Shown: positions 1-11,722, counted from the first letter of the whole stretch. The stretch is DNA of 63,841 nt, filler included, from Globobulimina sp. (GCA_003354225.1; 20 parts of 20 records of this genome joined end to end with filler, not necessarily neighbours in it); one strand, 5' to 3'. Notes: generated by a model not told the origin, from the sequence alone. Program-made: numbers and translations.

Positions 1-367
1 GTCGACAGGGGAAGAATTTTGGAATAAAACTATGGTACAGATCATCAAACGAAAAAAAAATCATATTCAATAATTACTGCATTACTACACATATGGCAAG
101 AAACCAGAAATACGTAGGTAAACCTTAAAGTAGAGCGTCTGTCTTTGTACCAATTGTGCTGCAAATACCATTAATTTGCAAAAACAATGTGGACAAATAG
201 AAACAATATGGACGCTATACTGTCAGATAGAAACAATATAATGTCAAATGGAAACAGTATTTGTCGACTTGCGAATATGTGCAGTTTATTGTTTCAGTTG
301 TACATACAACCTTGTTTTAGATTTATTGCATGGCTCTGAAAATTCTTGCCATATACAGTTTACTAAA

Positions 368-1408
368 TTAAACATTTCTATTTGTAGTTGGAGACTTGGA
401 GTCCTCCACAAGCTCTATTTGCGGAATCGTTGAATGGGTGCAATATTCAATATCTTTCCATTGAATTGAAGGAGAAATGTGAATCATTATACATTTGTTC
501 TTATGTTTTCTTGTATTTTTATATGTTAAAATTGCTTGTTTCCACGAAAAAATAGCTATAATTCGCCATGAACTGATTATTAACGTCAACAATGATATCT
601 TTCTGGAACCAATTCTAACGATAGATTCGTCATTGTCTGGATCAAGTGTTAATTGTGTTGATATGGCTAAAAATGAAAACAATATTCCCGTTGCTGTAGA
701 AATTGCAATCTTCCAAATTTTATTTGTATGTAATGCGTCAAATAAAGACATTGCAATAACAACCATTATCAGATCAAAAGCAGCAAAACTTGCCGGCAAA
801 ACAGCTGTTTTTTGAACCATGAAATAATAATATATTTGAAATAAACCACCAAGAAATGCATAAATCGCTTTGAACCAAAACTCAAATGTTGATGTAACTA
901 ATTTAAATGCGTTGATATTACTTGATAAAATCCAGCAAATTCCAAGTGGAATCCATAAGCAATTAACGGATACCATATATATTCGCAAAATATCCATTGC
1001 TAACTGTCGAACAAACAAATAAATAAAAAGCGTTAAGAACACCGGAATTTTACTATATTTACTCTGTAATATTTTTAATATCTGCTCTGCCCATTTAGTT
1101 CCAAAAAATGAATGTAAATATGTCTCTTTATCACAAAATGTGTAATAAAAAATATCTTTATCAGCATTGTCTGATTCATTTTGTGCTGTGCTGGATAATA
1201 TTTTATGAATTTTGTTCATTTGTATGGTGCTTAATTGTAATTGAGAAACAGTTAAATAGTCTTCTAAAATTTTATTGATCCCACCATTGGAATCTAAGAT
1301 GTTCAATATGTTTGTTGTGGTTTTAGTGCATGATTCAGTTTCTTTGTGAACAGCCAGTAGTTGACTTGAAGTAATGTCACAACCACTAGTGTCAGTTTCT
1401 AGTGCCAT
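368..1408 (-). CDS. Uncharacterised multi-pass membrane protein
   Basis: 346-aa ORF with about 6-7 hydrophobic segments in the C-terminal two thirds. No catalytic motif recognised. Confidence 0.75.
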   Translation of the reverse strand: MALETDTSGCDITSSQLLAVHKETESCTKTTTNILNILDSNGGINKILEDYLTVSQLQLSTIQMNKIHKILSSTAQNESDNADKDIFYYTFCDKETYLHSFFGTKWAEQILKILQSKYSKIPVFLTLFIYLFVRQLAMDILRIYMVSVNCLWIPLGICWILSSNINAFKLVTSTFEFWFKAIYAFLGGLFQIYYYFMVQKTAVLPASFAAFDLIMVVIAMSLFDALHTNKIWKIAISTATGILFSFLAISTQLTLDPDNDESIVRIGSRKISLLTLIISSWRIIAIFSWKQAILTYKNTRKHKNKCIMIHISPSIQWKDIEYCTHSTIPQIELVEDSKSPTTNRNV

Positions 1409-1679
1409 TGTTTACAAAAATGCTATACTTTGACTGGTATTGTTTGAAGTTTTTTTCAACTAACTTCAAATATATTTTAATACATTTTCATCACCACTCA
1501 AATCAAAATCAAATGGAAGAAATAAATGTACATATTGGCTCCAACCCTTATGTTAGATGTGGAAATTTTAGAGAAACCTTTCAGTTGACTCTGAACAATA
1601 ATGTAAAAATGAATGAGTAATAATAGTCGTCATAAGTAAATTATTGTTTTGTTCTGAAACAAATTAACAGTTGAAAAAT

Positions 1680-2867
1680 ATGAGTACAAATTTGAATGGT
1701 TTGGGAGGAGTTTATTCGAATCCCTTTGTTAATGATATTAAAATGATATTAACACATAGCATTATTGACGACTCTATAGATAAATTGACAATAATTAACC
1801 ATCTGAGAAATGATGAGATCTCACCATCAATGTCCTCCATAGAACAATATAAAGATATAAATATCGATAATGTTTTATCTCCATCACAACAAAAAAAACA
1901 AAAAAACTTAGAAATTATCGCAATAAATAAAATTATACATAAACTAACAGAAAATAGCAACCAAATAGAAAATAAATTAAATATACAATCTTTAGTCAAC
2001 GATCCAAATTCTTCAACAAATAAAAAATCGAATGAATTGCAATTTTTATCCATTATTCGAAATTTAAAAAATGAATTACAAAAAGTATTAGAAACGGCAT
2101 TAAATGAAATTGAAAATAATGCAGAATGTAATTCATTGAATGAAATTATAAAAACAGAGGAAATTACATTGCTACAAAGAAATGAAATGTTTGCAATGGT
2201 CAAACAATTAAAAAATAAAACAGAATCGATACAAACTACAATACAAACTGAAGAAAAACAGTTTAATTCCGATCTCATAAATTATAAAAAACATATTACA
2301 AATTTAAAAGAACAAATCTGTTCTTTAAAAAAACAAATTGATATAGATCAAAAAATAAAAAAAATTGAATTAACTGCTCAATTAAATGCAGGTCAACGTC
2401 AATATAAAATACACCAACAACAACTAACCAATTCATTAAATGATATAAAAAGAGAGTTAAATCGGGAAATGGCAACATTTGACGCAACACAAACGTTTTT
2501 AAAGAATAAATTAGAAATTTTAGAAACAGAATCCACAGAATGGCAGAAAAAATATGATGAGGAAACATCAAACCATAAGGAAAGGTTACAGGACATTACA
2601 GATAAACGCGAATATACATTATCTACATTACAAAAATCCGAAATGGAATATGACGATGAAAACTCTATACATTTGGCGCGCATTCAAGCTCAACGAAAGA
2701 AAAAAGAATTAGAAGAAAAAGTGTATAATTCCGCTATAAAAATACAAAAAGTAACTCGTGGATTTTTAACACGACTCCGATTGAAAAGAGAACGGGAACC
2801 GAAAACTAAGAAAGGTAAGAAAGGCAAGAAAGGGAAAGGAAAAGGCAAGAAATCCAAAAAAAAGTGA
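1680..2867 (+). CDS. DRC9: IQ-motif coiled-coil axonemal protein, DRC9/IQCG-like
   Basis: Long coiled coil, C-terminal IQ motif (AIKIQKVTRGFLTR) and a Lys/Gly-rich tail (KKGKKGKKGKGKGKK). This is the architecture of nexin-dynein regulatory complex IQ subunits (DRC9/DRC10). Confidence 0.7.
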   Translation: MSTNLNGLGGVYSNPFVNDIKMILTHSIIDDSIDKLTIINHLRNDEISPSMSSIEQYKDINIDNVLSPSQQKKQKNLEIIAINKIIHKLTENSNQIENKLNIQSLVNDPNSSTNKKSNELQFLSIIRNLKNELQKVLETALNEIENNAECNSLNEIIKTEEITLLQRNEMFAMVKQLKNKTESIQTTIQTEEKQFNSDLINYKKHITNLKEQICSLKKQIDIDQKIKKIELTAQLNAGQRQYKIHQQQLTNSLNDIKRELNREMATFDATQTFLKNKLEILETESTEWQKKYDEETSNHKERLQDITDKREYTLSTLQKSEMEYDDENSIHLARIQAQRKKKELEEKVYNSAIKIQKVTRGFLTRLRLKREREPKTKKGKKGKKGKGKGKKSKKK

Positions 2868-3100
2868 ACAGAAATAAGTGTACTTGATTTCGAAAAACAG
2901 AGAATTAAATTAAATTAAATCAGTACAAGTGACATTGTATAGTATTATTATTATTGTTGTGATTGACATTGGTAATTTGTGTAAGCGAATTTACATCCTT
3001 TACCGCAAGGACATGAACCATCCTTCCAATAGCTACATATCTGCGTTTAAATTAAATATAATTACTGTATACATTCTTTATGATCATTAATAGTATATTT

Positions 3101-3200
3101 NNNNNNNNNNNNNNNNNNNNNNNNNNNNNNNNNNNNNNNNNNNNTTAATTAATTAANNNNNNNNNNNNNNNNNNNNNNNNNNNNNNNNNNNNNNNNNNNN
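3101..3200. other. Artificial contig linker (N44-TTAATTAATTAA-N44), first of 19
   Basis: The same 100-nt spacer with stops in all six frames recurs at 6301, 9501, 12701, 15901, 19099, 22297, 25495, 28692, 31889, 35086, 38283, 41479, 44674, 47869, 51064, 54259, 57454 and 60648. Contig lengths decrease monotonically. Confidence 0.99.
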
Positions 3201-3220
3201 GAAGTGTATCTGCAATCATC

Positions 3221-3553
3221 TTATAAAGTTATTTGTTGATTTGTGGCAATTAAGAAAAAATTAATGCAAAACACGTACGGATAAATACATAGTAAAAATA
3301 TATGAATAAAATATACATTTTTGGTCATATCTGTTGCAGAAACATCCTTTTTTAAATGCATTTTTCTTATCAGTTCGTTTATTGTTGGAATTAATCCAAA
3401 TTTTGTAGGATGCCTATTTTCATTCAATTCTACATCCTTGGTTGCATTTTTTGTCGCTTTCAATCTCTCAATTTCTAATTTTAATGCAATATTTTCATCA
3501 TGTAACGCTTGTGCATCTAGCGTTTTATTTATCGATTTAAGTGCTTCAGACAT
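3221..3553 (-). CDS. Hypothetical protein, 5' exon (short coiled coil), probably spliced and truncated by the contig end
   Basis: ATG start, coiled-coil segment LHDENIALKLEIERLK, then AT-rich intron-like sequence. Confidence 0.4.
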   Translation of the reverse strand: MSEALKSINKTLDAQALHDENIALKLEIERLKATKNATKDVELNENRHPTKFGLIPTINELIRKMHLKKDVSATDMTKNVYFIHIFLLCIYPYVFCINFFLIATNQQITL

Positions 3554-3615
3554 TTAAAAATGGGCAAAGTTAGGAAGTAAAAATGAAGTTTTGTAAGTAT
3601 TCGAGTGTAGCAGGT

Positions 3616-3678
3616 ACAAATGATGCGGCCACAAATGATGCGGCCACAAGAGGTATATCACAAATGATGCGGCCACAA
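3616..3678 (+). repeat. Three copies of ACAAATGATGCGGCC between divergent ORFs
   Basis: Copies at 3616, 3631 and 3660. A partial copy CGGCCACAAATG at 3807-3818 overlaps the next ATG. Confidence 0.85.
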
Positions 3679-3815
3679 CGCCAATGACTGCACAGTTGAT
3701 GTTTCTGAAATAGTGTGAATGTGTCGATTGACGGATGATGCTGTTCATAATAATTGGTTATGAGTATATATTAAATTAACATTGATTATCATAGAGACAG
3801 TGCACCCGGCCACAA

Positions 3816-5612
3816 ATGGAAGACATTAAATGTGATAATATTGCTCCAAATATAGACATTGCGCCACTGTCAGACTCACACACCAATTGCAACAAAGCTG
3901 TTGAATATAATCTTCATGAGCCAATCAATAATATTTCAAACGATGACAACTGTAAAACAAGGTTGATTTCGTCAAATAACATCGTTTTAGATCGAGTAAC
4001 ATCTGAATTGAGTAAAACTGTAAAAAATATTAAATCAAACAACGATGCAAAAATTCAAAATGAAGAAAATAAATCAAAACATGAATTACAACAATTATTA
4101 TCCGATACAAAAACGATTATTAATAATATCTCAAAACACGACAATGATTCAAATTTAGTAAATACATTAAAAAGTAATTTTGAGACAATAGAATCGACAC
4201 TATCCAACTCTGCAAAATATAAAAAACGTTTTCCATCATTTACAAATGCGATAAAAAATGATGTGGCAAATGTCGGACAAATACGAATTGAGAACATAAA
4301 CACTACAAAATCACAATTTGAGCGCCAAAATGAAGTAAAATCATCAAAACCATGGAAACCAAATGAACAACAATGTATAAAACGATATTTTGAAGCAAAA
4401 CCAGATCAAAATTTGCGCAAAAATGTATATATTAAGACAGAGCACGATAATCAAGCAATAAATGAGAATACAAAACCAATGATTCGCCACAATATAACTA
4501 TTGCAGTGAATAAGACATTAACGCCATCTTTAAATTGTACAAATTTACAAAAAAACACAACCAATCAAGATTTTAACATTGACCAAATCGAACAAGAAAT
4601 AAATCAAATTCATAATAATATTATAAATAAAAATAAAGAAATCGAAATTCTCGGAATTGAGATCCCTTTGAATCAATATTATTTAAAGCGTGCAGATTAT
4701 AATCGAGCACGAGAACATTTAAAAGAGAAAATCAATTTGAAAATAAGCAAAAAAGATATTAAACAAATATTTAAAAATAAAAAAATGGATATAAATGAAT
4801 TTAATAAACGATTAAATAAATTGGATAAAGTTAAGCTTAATAATGTAGAGCTAAAATGTTTAGACGAGGAATTAAATAAAATTAGTGATGATATGAATAA
4901 TGAGACAATATTTGATAAAGAAACATTGACAACATTTTTAACAAAATGTGCACCCAAACCAAACCATGTCAAGCATGGCAACTTAAAACATTTAGACTCT
5001 ACTTTCGCATTACACCATCCGTTCCAAACTAGATTGCGAACTGGTTCAAATACACCAATTGCTTCCATTGATACCTCACCAAAAAGAAACACATTCAAAA
5101 TCAAGGAAGAATATGTAAATACAAACAATGCAAATTATTTCAAGAAATATAATCAATATGTAAAGTTTTCGGATTTTACAAACGGAAAAAGTGCAGAATT
5201 TTATATTGATCCCAATCAAAATAACACCGAGTTACGAATTAATAATATTAAGCAAAGGAAACATAAATATAATGATCATAATAATGATGAGAGTATGTCA
5301 CCGAATACAAATGAAATATATCAGAGTATGTTTAAAGGTTTTCGAAGAAAAAAACCGCAATTTGCAAAAAACGAATTCGAAATGAAAATGAATGCAAACA
5401 TAAAAAGGAAAAGAATAATAAAAGGAAAACATGCGACTGGTTCGAGTATTCGATTAAAAGCATTACCATTTAATTATAAATATAAATATAAATTTGGTAA
5501 ATGCATGGCGAAAAAGGTAAGAATGGAACAAATGTTAAAAAGTCAGAATAGCTCAATAATACCGATACGCAGAGATGAAATACCTTCGGCTGGGATGTAT
5601 AGGAGATGTTAA
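3816..5612 (+). CDS. Hypothetical Asn/Lys-rich protein
   Basis: 598-aa uninterrupted ORF in very AT-rich DNA. No family motif recognised. Confidence 0.65.
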   Translation: MEDIKCDNIAPNIDIAPLSDSHTNCNKAVEYNLHEPINNISNDDNCKTRLISSNNIVLDRVTSELSKTVKNIKSNNDAKIQNEENKSKHELQQLLSDTKTIINNISKHDNDSNLVNTLKSNFETIESTLSNSAKYKKRFPSFTNAIKNDVANVGQIRIENINTTKSQFERQNEVKSSKPWKPNEQQCIKRYFEAKPDQNLRKNVYIKTEHDNQAINENTKPMIRHNITIAVNKTLTPSLNCTNLQKNTTNQDFNIDQIEQEINQIHNNIINKNKEIEILGIEIPLNQYYLKRADYNRAREHLKEKINLKISKKDIKQIFKNKKMDINEFNKRLNKLDKVKLNNVELKCLDEELNKISDDMNNETIFDKETLTTFLTKCAPKPNHVKHGNLKHLDSTFALHHPFQTRLRTGSNTPIASIDTSPKRNTFKIKEEYVNTNNANYFKKYNQYVKFSDFTNGKSAEFYIDPNQNNTELRINNIKQRKHKYNDHNNDESMSPNTNEIYQSMFKGFRRKKPQFAKNEFEMKMNANIKRKRIIKGKHATGSSIRLKALPFNYKYKYKFGKCMAKKVRMEQMLKSQNSSIIPIRRDEIPSAGMYRRC

Positions 5613-6023
5613 CCACAATGTATCCCAACACAAATGTGGGCACATTCAAGCTTAAGACCACAAGGTTTCATTTGTAGAGTAAATTATTAATTTGTGTATA
5701 CCAAAAATTATTAAATATGAATGGATCGAATTTACTAAAATCTAAATTAAATGTTTCGCATAAATTATATTATTTATGTAATAGAGTTGATTCATCCCTT
5801 TATCATAATGATGATCATCCACACCGTGCAAATCCATTCCTAACGGCACAAAACTTCTTCATTGCAATCAGGATGGTTTTTGAGTGTTGGATGGATCAAT
5901 AGTTATAAAATTCGACCATAAATGTTTCCGTCTATCACAAGAATCCTACAAAATCTCACACGGATGTTCCAGCGCAATTTGTCAGTCTGAAGTCGGACTT
6001 ACATTCGACAGATAGGTCATATC

Positions 6024-6300
6024 ATGGCGGCAGTGTTAAAGCACAACGATATATGTTTTTATCCGGCAGCAAAAGTTTCTAAAAATAGTGGATGGATAAA
6101 CTGGATTCAATTGCCATCATTTCCATTAGATGTTGGCCATTCGTATACGCGGCCTTACATTCTTCCACTCGATAACAAAGAATTTGCATTATTTGAGAAA
6201 TGGCTCTGTGGCAAACCAGATTATTATATTTATAAATATAATGTTGATAGAAATGAATGGATTCAATGGATTAAAACACAAACAGAATGGGCACATTCTA
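6024..6300 (+). CDS. Kelch/beta-propeller-like protein, 5' part
   Basis: W-x-x-L-P-x-F-P and IYKYNVDRNEW blade-like motifs. Runs into the contig end. Confidence 0.5.
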
Positions 6301-6685
6301 NNNNNNNNNNNNNNNNNNNNNNNNNNNNNNNNNNNNNNNNNNNNTTAATTAATTAANNNNNNNNNNNNNNNNNNNNNNNNNNNNNNNNNNNNNNNNNNNN
6401 TTATTGGCAGTGGAGGAGGAGCAATAATTTTAATTTCATCCTCATCTGGCTCATCATTATCAGAATTATTTGATTGAAGTGGGTCTGGTAACTCTGGTTG
6501 ATTTGGGTGAATATCTCAAATGATCAGATTCGCTGAATATCAGATTCGCTGAATATCTCAAATGGATCCATTGTAGCATTGTGCCAAGCTGTTAAACAGC
6601 TAATTCCATTTGTTGTGGCATCTTCAAGTGAAATTTTTGTGCAAGGAGGCTCGGAGACTCCTATACTAAAAAATAAAACTGTAAA

Positions 6686-8588
6686 ATGGATGGCATTGAT
6701 ATATGTGCTATAATTTTAATGATTATTGGAGCTGCTATATTTGTGCCAATATTATGTTATTCTTTGTACCAATTCTATGAGATTAGCAACACGCAATTTA
6801 TTAAACACAGACGAAAACATATAGTGTATTCAATGAATATGATAACAATTATTTCATTTTTATCGGAACGCATTTATGTAATTTGCATTGCCGTTTTGAG
6901 TTTCGTAGACACATCAATACAAACATGGACGTGTTGCATTGGCATTGCTGTCTTTATCTGGTTATTTTATACGTTATTTTTAATGCGAACGTGGTTATTA
7001 TACTATTCACGACATTATCAGCTGGATTTAGTCGATTTTATGTGGCAAAAAGACCTGAATTCAAACTCTGTTTCTTGGTATATTTCAAATAGAAAAAAAT
7101 ATGGTTCCTTTTATTATTGTTATAAATTTGCAGTTCTTCCATTTTTATTTTATTTGTTTATTGAGCTTGGCTCAGATTTGATGTTTGGTAAAGGAGCGCA
7201 TGATCACATACTAAATGTCATATTGCCTTTAAATATATACATTCCATCATTTATAATCTATTATAAAATGCGCCATTTCAACGATATCTTTTATATTCGA
7301 CTGGAAATATACTATCAATGTATTACATTGTTTATAATAATGGTTGTTATGGTTGTTGTACATACAATATTTGTCATTGTTGATACAAAAACACATAATC
7401 ATGAAAATGGCCATGAAAATGCACATGAAAAATCTGAGAGAATTGAATGGTTAATATCTGCTGCTATGACATATATAGCCTTATTTGTAATGTCATTGAG
7501 TTATATACTTTTTTTATTTTGTTTATTTATTTATTTATTTATCTGTCAACAATTAATGCAAAATATATAGTTTCTACAGCATATCCTGTGTTTTTGTATG
7601 GAAAAAAGATGCTTTCTGAACACATGCAACTTGAAGATACGATATCTACCAATTCAACAACGCATGACTTTGATGATATGCTCAAAACCCTGGAAACTGT
7701 CGACGGATATAAAGCATTCATGGCTCATTTAGTTAAGTATGAGAAATCAAATACGTTTAATTCCACTGTATACGTATACAAAGTACATATATCGTTTAGT
7801 TTGTCAATTAATTCTTGACTAAATGCCGAAAATTAGCATTTTCCACATTAACTTTTGAACAAACAACAAATATAAATTATATAATTAAGGTCAATCATTT
7901 CGCCACAGAGAATTTATTATTTTTAACAGAAGTTATTCAAATTAAGCATGAATATCAAGTAAAGAATAATAATATGGTTCAAATACCGAAGAATATTGAT
8001 TTACAGTTTGATAATGATCAAATCGATAATATTATTAATCCATCGAATGAATACATTGCGTTTGATTTCGCTCAGGAAGCAGATGCCGGCATTGTACCGA
8101 TTGAGGATGGAAATACTGTTAAACCTTTGAATTATACTCAAATTCAGAGGGATTCACCAGATATGGACCAAAAATCTACTTTGGAACTTACAAAATTTCC
8201 ATCGATGGCATCGAGTAATTTTAAACTCATGATATCAGGCAAAAAATCATCGACATTTACATTTATATTTCGTTCCAATGGGACGGCTTACTGCAAAATT
8301 AAAATACCATTAAAATTGCCGAAAAGTGCGATATTGGATAAATATGACAACTTATTGGATCAAATGACCTCTGTGTTTTATAAGTATATCAAAATTGGGA
8401 GTGATCATGAAATCAATATTTCTTTTTCTCAACGTGTGGAATTAATTAATTTATTCGAAAAAAATCCGAATAAAATTAAGTCCGAAAATGATTTGTTTAA
8501 TATTATGGGCGAAGTTTGTATTGAAATATTATCTCTTTGTTATGGTTCATATCATGCGTTTACTGCTGGTTGTTCCGATAGTTTGTAG
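6686..8588 (+). CDS. 7TM-RGS protein (multi-pass membrane region plus split RGS domain), 2 introns
   Basis: Introns 7500-7570 and 7732-7889 (GT-AG) join three ORFs in frame. RGS motifs are GYKAFMAHLVNHFATENLLFLTEV and FYKYIKIGSDHEINISFSQR. About 7 TM helices lie N-terminal. Confidence 0.8.
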
Positions 8589-8708
8589 TTGTAATTTGTC
8601 CAAAAAAATACATTTTGGCTAATTTTTTTGTGAATGATTATAAGTTTTAAATTTAATATATTTTATAGAAGGTTTTTTTTCAAACATCAATCAGAGCTCA
8701 ATCAAAAA

Positions 8709-9500
8709 ATGATCCATGTTGTCAGGAAAAGATTGTCACAATTATTAGTAAGTGGATACGTTAGAAAAGAGAGTGCTCGATACATCCATAGAGATATTGT
8801 CATTGTCATCCATACATTCCATTATAAGACATACAAAATATTGGAATTACATTCTATTGGTAAAAACGCGGAAGGACAACAAGGAAATGGAGATAACGAA
8901 GATTTAAAAAAAATAACAAAAATAAAAACATTTAAAAAAACAATAAAAAATATTATAACTTGTGGTGGTAGTTCATGGAATGTAGCAGCATATATTTTAT
9001 TTGATGATGAAACATATGAATGTTGCGGGAATAATGAAGTGGGCTTATTAGGTGTTGGACATTATAATAACATTAATATATGGCATCAAATAAAAGATAT
9101 GAAAATAAAAAATATATTTTCAGCACCAAACGGATCCAGACATTCATTTTGTATTTCAAATGAAACTAAATTATATGCTGTCGGATGGAATAATACTAAT
9201 CAATTTGGTATAAAAACAAATGAAGAAAATAATTATAAATGGATACCGATTAATACATCATTATCAATTCAAAAAGTAGCCACAGCAAGGTTTTATACAA
9301 CATTTTTAAGTGGAAATGGTAAAATATATGTTGCTGGTTATGATTGTGGTGTTCGTGGTGTTTTAGGGTTAGGTAAAGGTATTAAATCGTCACCAAATAT
9401 TCAACAAATTCAAACAAAAATAAAATTTAAGGATATATATTGTGGATTTGCACATACCTTAGCAATTGATGATAATTATGGTGTTTGGTCATGGGGAGAG
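8709..9500 (+). CDS. RCC1-repeat protein, 5' part
   Basis: Repeats GKNAEGQQG, GNNEVGLLGVG, GWNNTNQFG and CGFAHTLAIDDNYGVWSWG. Confidence 0.9.
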
Positions 9501-9631
9501 NNNNNNNNNNNNNNNNNNNNNNNNNNNNNNNNNNNNNNNNNNNNTTAATTAATTAANNNNNNNNNNNNNNNNNNNNNNNNNNNNNNNNNNNNNNNNNNNN
9601 AATGTAAATAAAGTTATTTTTTTTATAAAAT

Positions 9632-11490
9632 ATGGCCTCATCAATAGCTGGTGATATAAAATATAAATATTTTTAGGCGGAGCGAAGGACATCAACACCT
9701 TTCGAAAACGCGTAAATTATAATTCGTTGCCGAAGGACATCAGCACCAAAAGCATTGCAATTAGCTCGCCAATTATCGACTGATACGCCATCGACAAATA
9801 ATGATGGAAGCGATGGGACGAATGGTTGGGAGTATTATATGAATGTCGGTTTAAATGAGAATTTCGATGTAAATAAAATGAAGCGAAACAAATTAAATCT
9901 GTTGATAGTTTTAGATAATTCGGGTTCGATGGACAGTAAATTTGATTACAGCTCGTCTGCGACAAAAATGGTGGTGGCGAACAAAGCCGTTTTATCGTTG
10001 TTGTCTCAGTTAACAAAGGAAGACCGTTTAGGCGTAATCTCATTTAACAGTGCTTTTAATGTGGTTCAAGCGATGACCTTCGTTGGTGATATAAATATGA
10101 ATGAGTTAGAAAAGAATATATTGGGCATCAGAGCCGGCGGTGGAACTAATATGGAAATTGCATACAACGCAGCAACAAATTGCTATAAACGGTTATTTGA
10201 AAGCATATCAACACCAAAAGAGACACCAAAAGAGACAGAGACAGAGACACCAAAAGAGACCGTAAATGATGAAGGTGATGGAAAGAATGATGATGAGAAT
10301 GATGAGAAACAACAACGATTAGAATGGGACAAAGAGAGTGAAATTGAAATATATTCCGAATCGAGTTCAAAATGGTTTAGCGGCACCATTGTAAAAATAA
10401 GTAGCGACAAAGAAGGCGAATGGTTGACCGTCGCATATCGGACAGGAAAAGAGAATAAGACGCCAACATTGAAACAAATACAGCGGTTTAATAAAGAAAT
10501 TCGTTGTAAACAAATTAGTTTTACGCCAAATTTAGAATTTGCGAATCGGATTATATTTTTAACTGAGTGTGTCAATCGGATTACATTTTATTTTATTTTC
10601 TATATTTTGTATAATTTATATTTAGTGCGCAACCGAATGCATTTGGTGGCAAAGACAGTTTATTAAATATGGTGAAACGGAACAGCTCAACGGAGCAATA
10701 TAAAGGATTTCAAATCCATACTACAGTTAATTATTTTATATAGAATATAATCTAAATATAAATATAAATCTAAATAAATAAGTTTATCGGAGTCGGACTT
10801 GATTTTAATACAAAATTTGTGGAAGATATTATCAAAGTGGAAGGTGGTAATTATTATGCCGTCCATTCAAATGATGAATTTATGAAAACAATGAACGAAG
10901 AATTCAAGTTTATGGTAACACCGTTGGTTTTCAATTTTGTTTTAACATTAATGGCCGAAGGAAATTCATGTTGCATTGAAGAAGCGTTTGGAAGTGGCGA
11001 CGATGAAAAAGCAATCACGGAGAATGGAGAAGTGATGAATGTCAAATCAATGTTTCCATCGCAGCACGACGCCAATGACCAAGTAAAGGGCGGTGTGGTT
11101 GTATTGAAATTGAAGAATGATGTGAATGGTAAGAAAGATGCAAGCTATAATATGGAAATAAGATCAATTTATAAGGATATCGATGGCGTCGATTATAAAT
11201 TGGAGAATAATGTAATGTTTGGTGGTGGCCAAAAAAAAGAAAAAGAAAAAGAAGAGGAATATTATGACAATTCAGGCATTCGTAAATCATTATTATTGGT
11301 TCAATATGTCCAATTATTGAAATTGTGGATGAAATATCAAAAAAAACAAAAGGATGAAACAAAGGTTACTGAGGAATATAAAGATATTATTAAACAATTT
11401 ATTGAATATTTTAAATCGGAAATGAAGAGTATTGGCGATCAAACCTTACAAAAAGAATTAAAAATATTAAATCAATTAATCAAAAATTAA
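9632..11490 (+). CDS. VWA-domain protein (GGAKD-type family) with an inserted Tudor/SH3-like module; spliced; apparent frame break near the 5' end
   Basis: MIDAS motif VLDNSGSM and GGTN. Introns 10567-10625 and 10726-10782 restore IIFLTDAQPN and HTTFIGVGLDFN. The 5' exon gives GGAKDINTFR after a putative 26-nt intron (9651-9676). Confidence 0.8.
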
Positions 11491-11722
11491 ATTAAATTAT
11501 ATACCTTTTTTCTTAAGTAATTAATTATTAAATTGTGTGTCTTGTTTGCTGTTTGCATGATATGTATGCAATGTAGGATTTGCTACTTTGTTGTAATTCA
11601 TTTGCAAAATAATAACTATTAATGCGAATTAATCGACTTTTAACAAGATGCCATTTGTTATAGTAGTTTTTCAAAACTTTTTTTGAAGTTCGATAATTCT
11701 GCGTTTCAACCACTCCGTTAAA

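Noticed and set aside
1712..2683. Numerous antisense or overlapping ORFs in the track (also 4697, 16579, 36413, 62020 and others)
   Set aside because: They are shadows of real genes on the opposite strand, with low-complexity F/L/S/I translations.
3616..3678. Short repeats here and at 27838-28545 as CRISPR arrays
   Set aside because: The repeats are too short or inverted, there are no regular unique spacers, and no cas genes are present.
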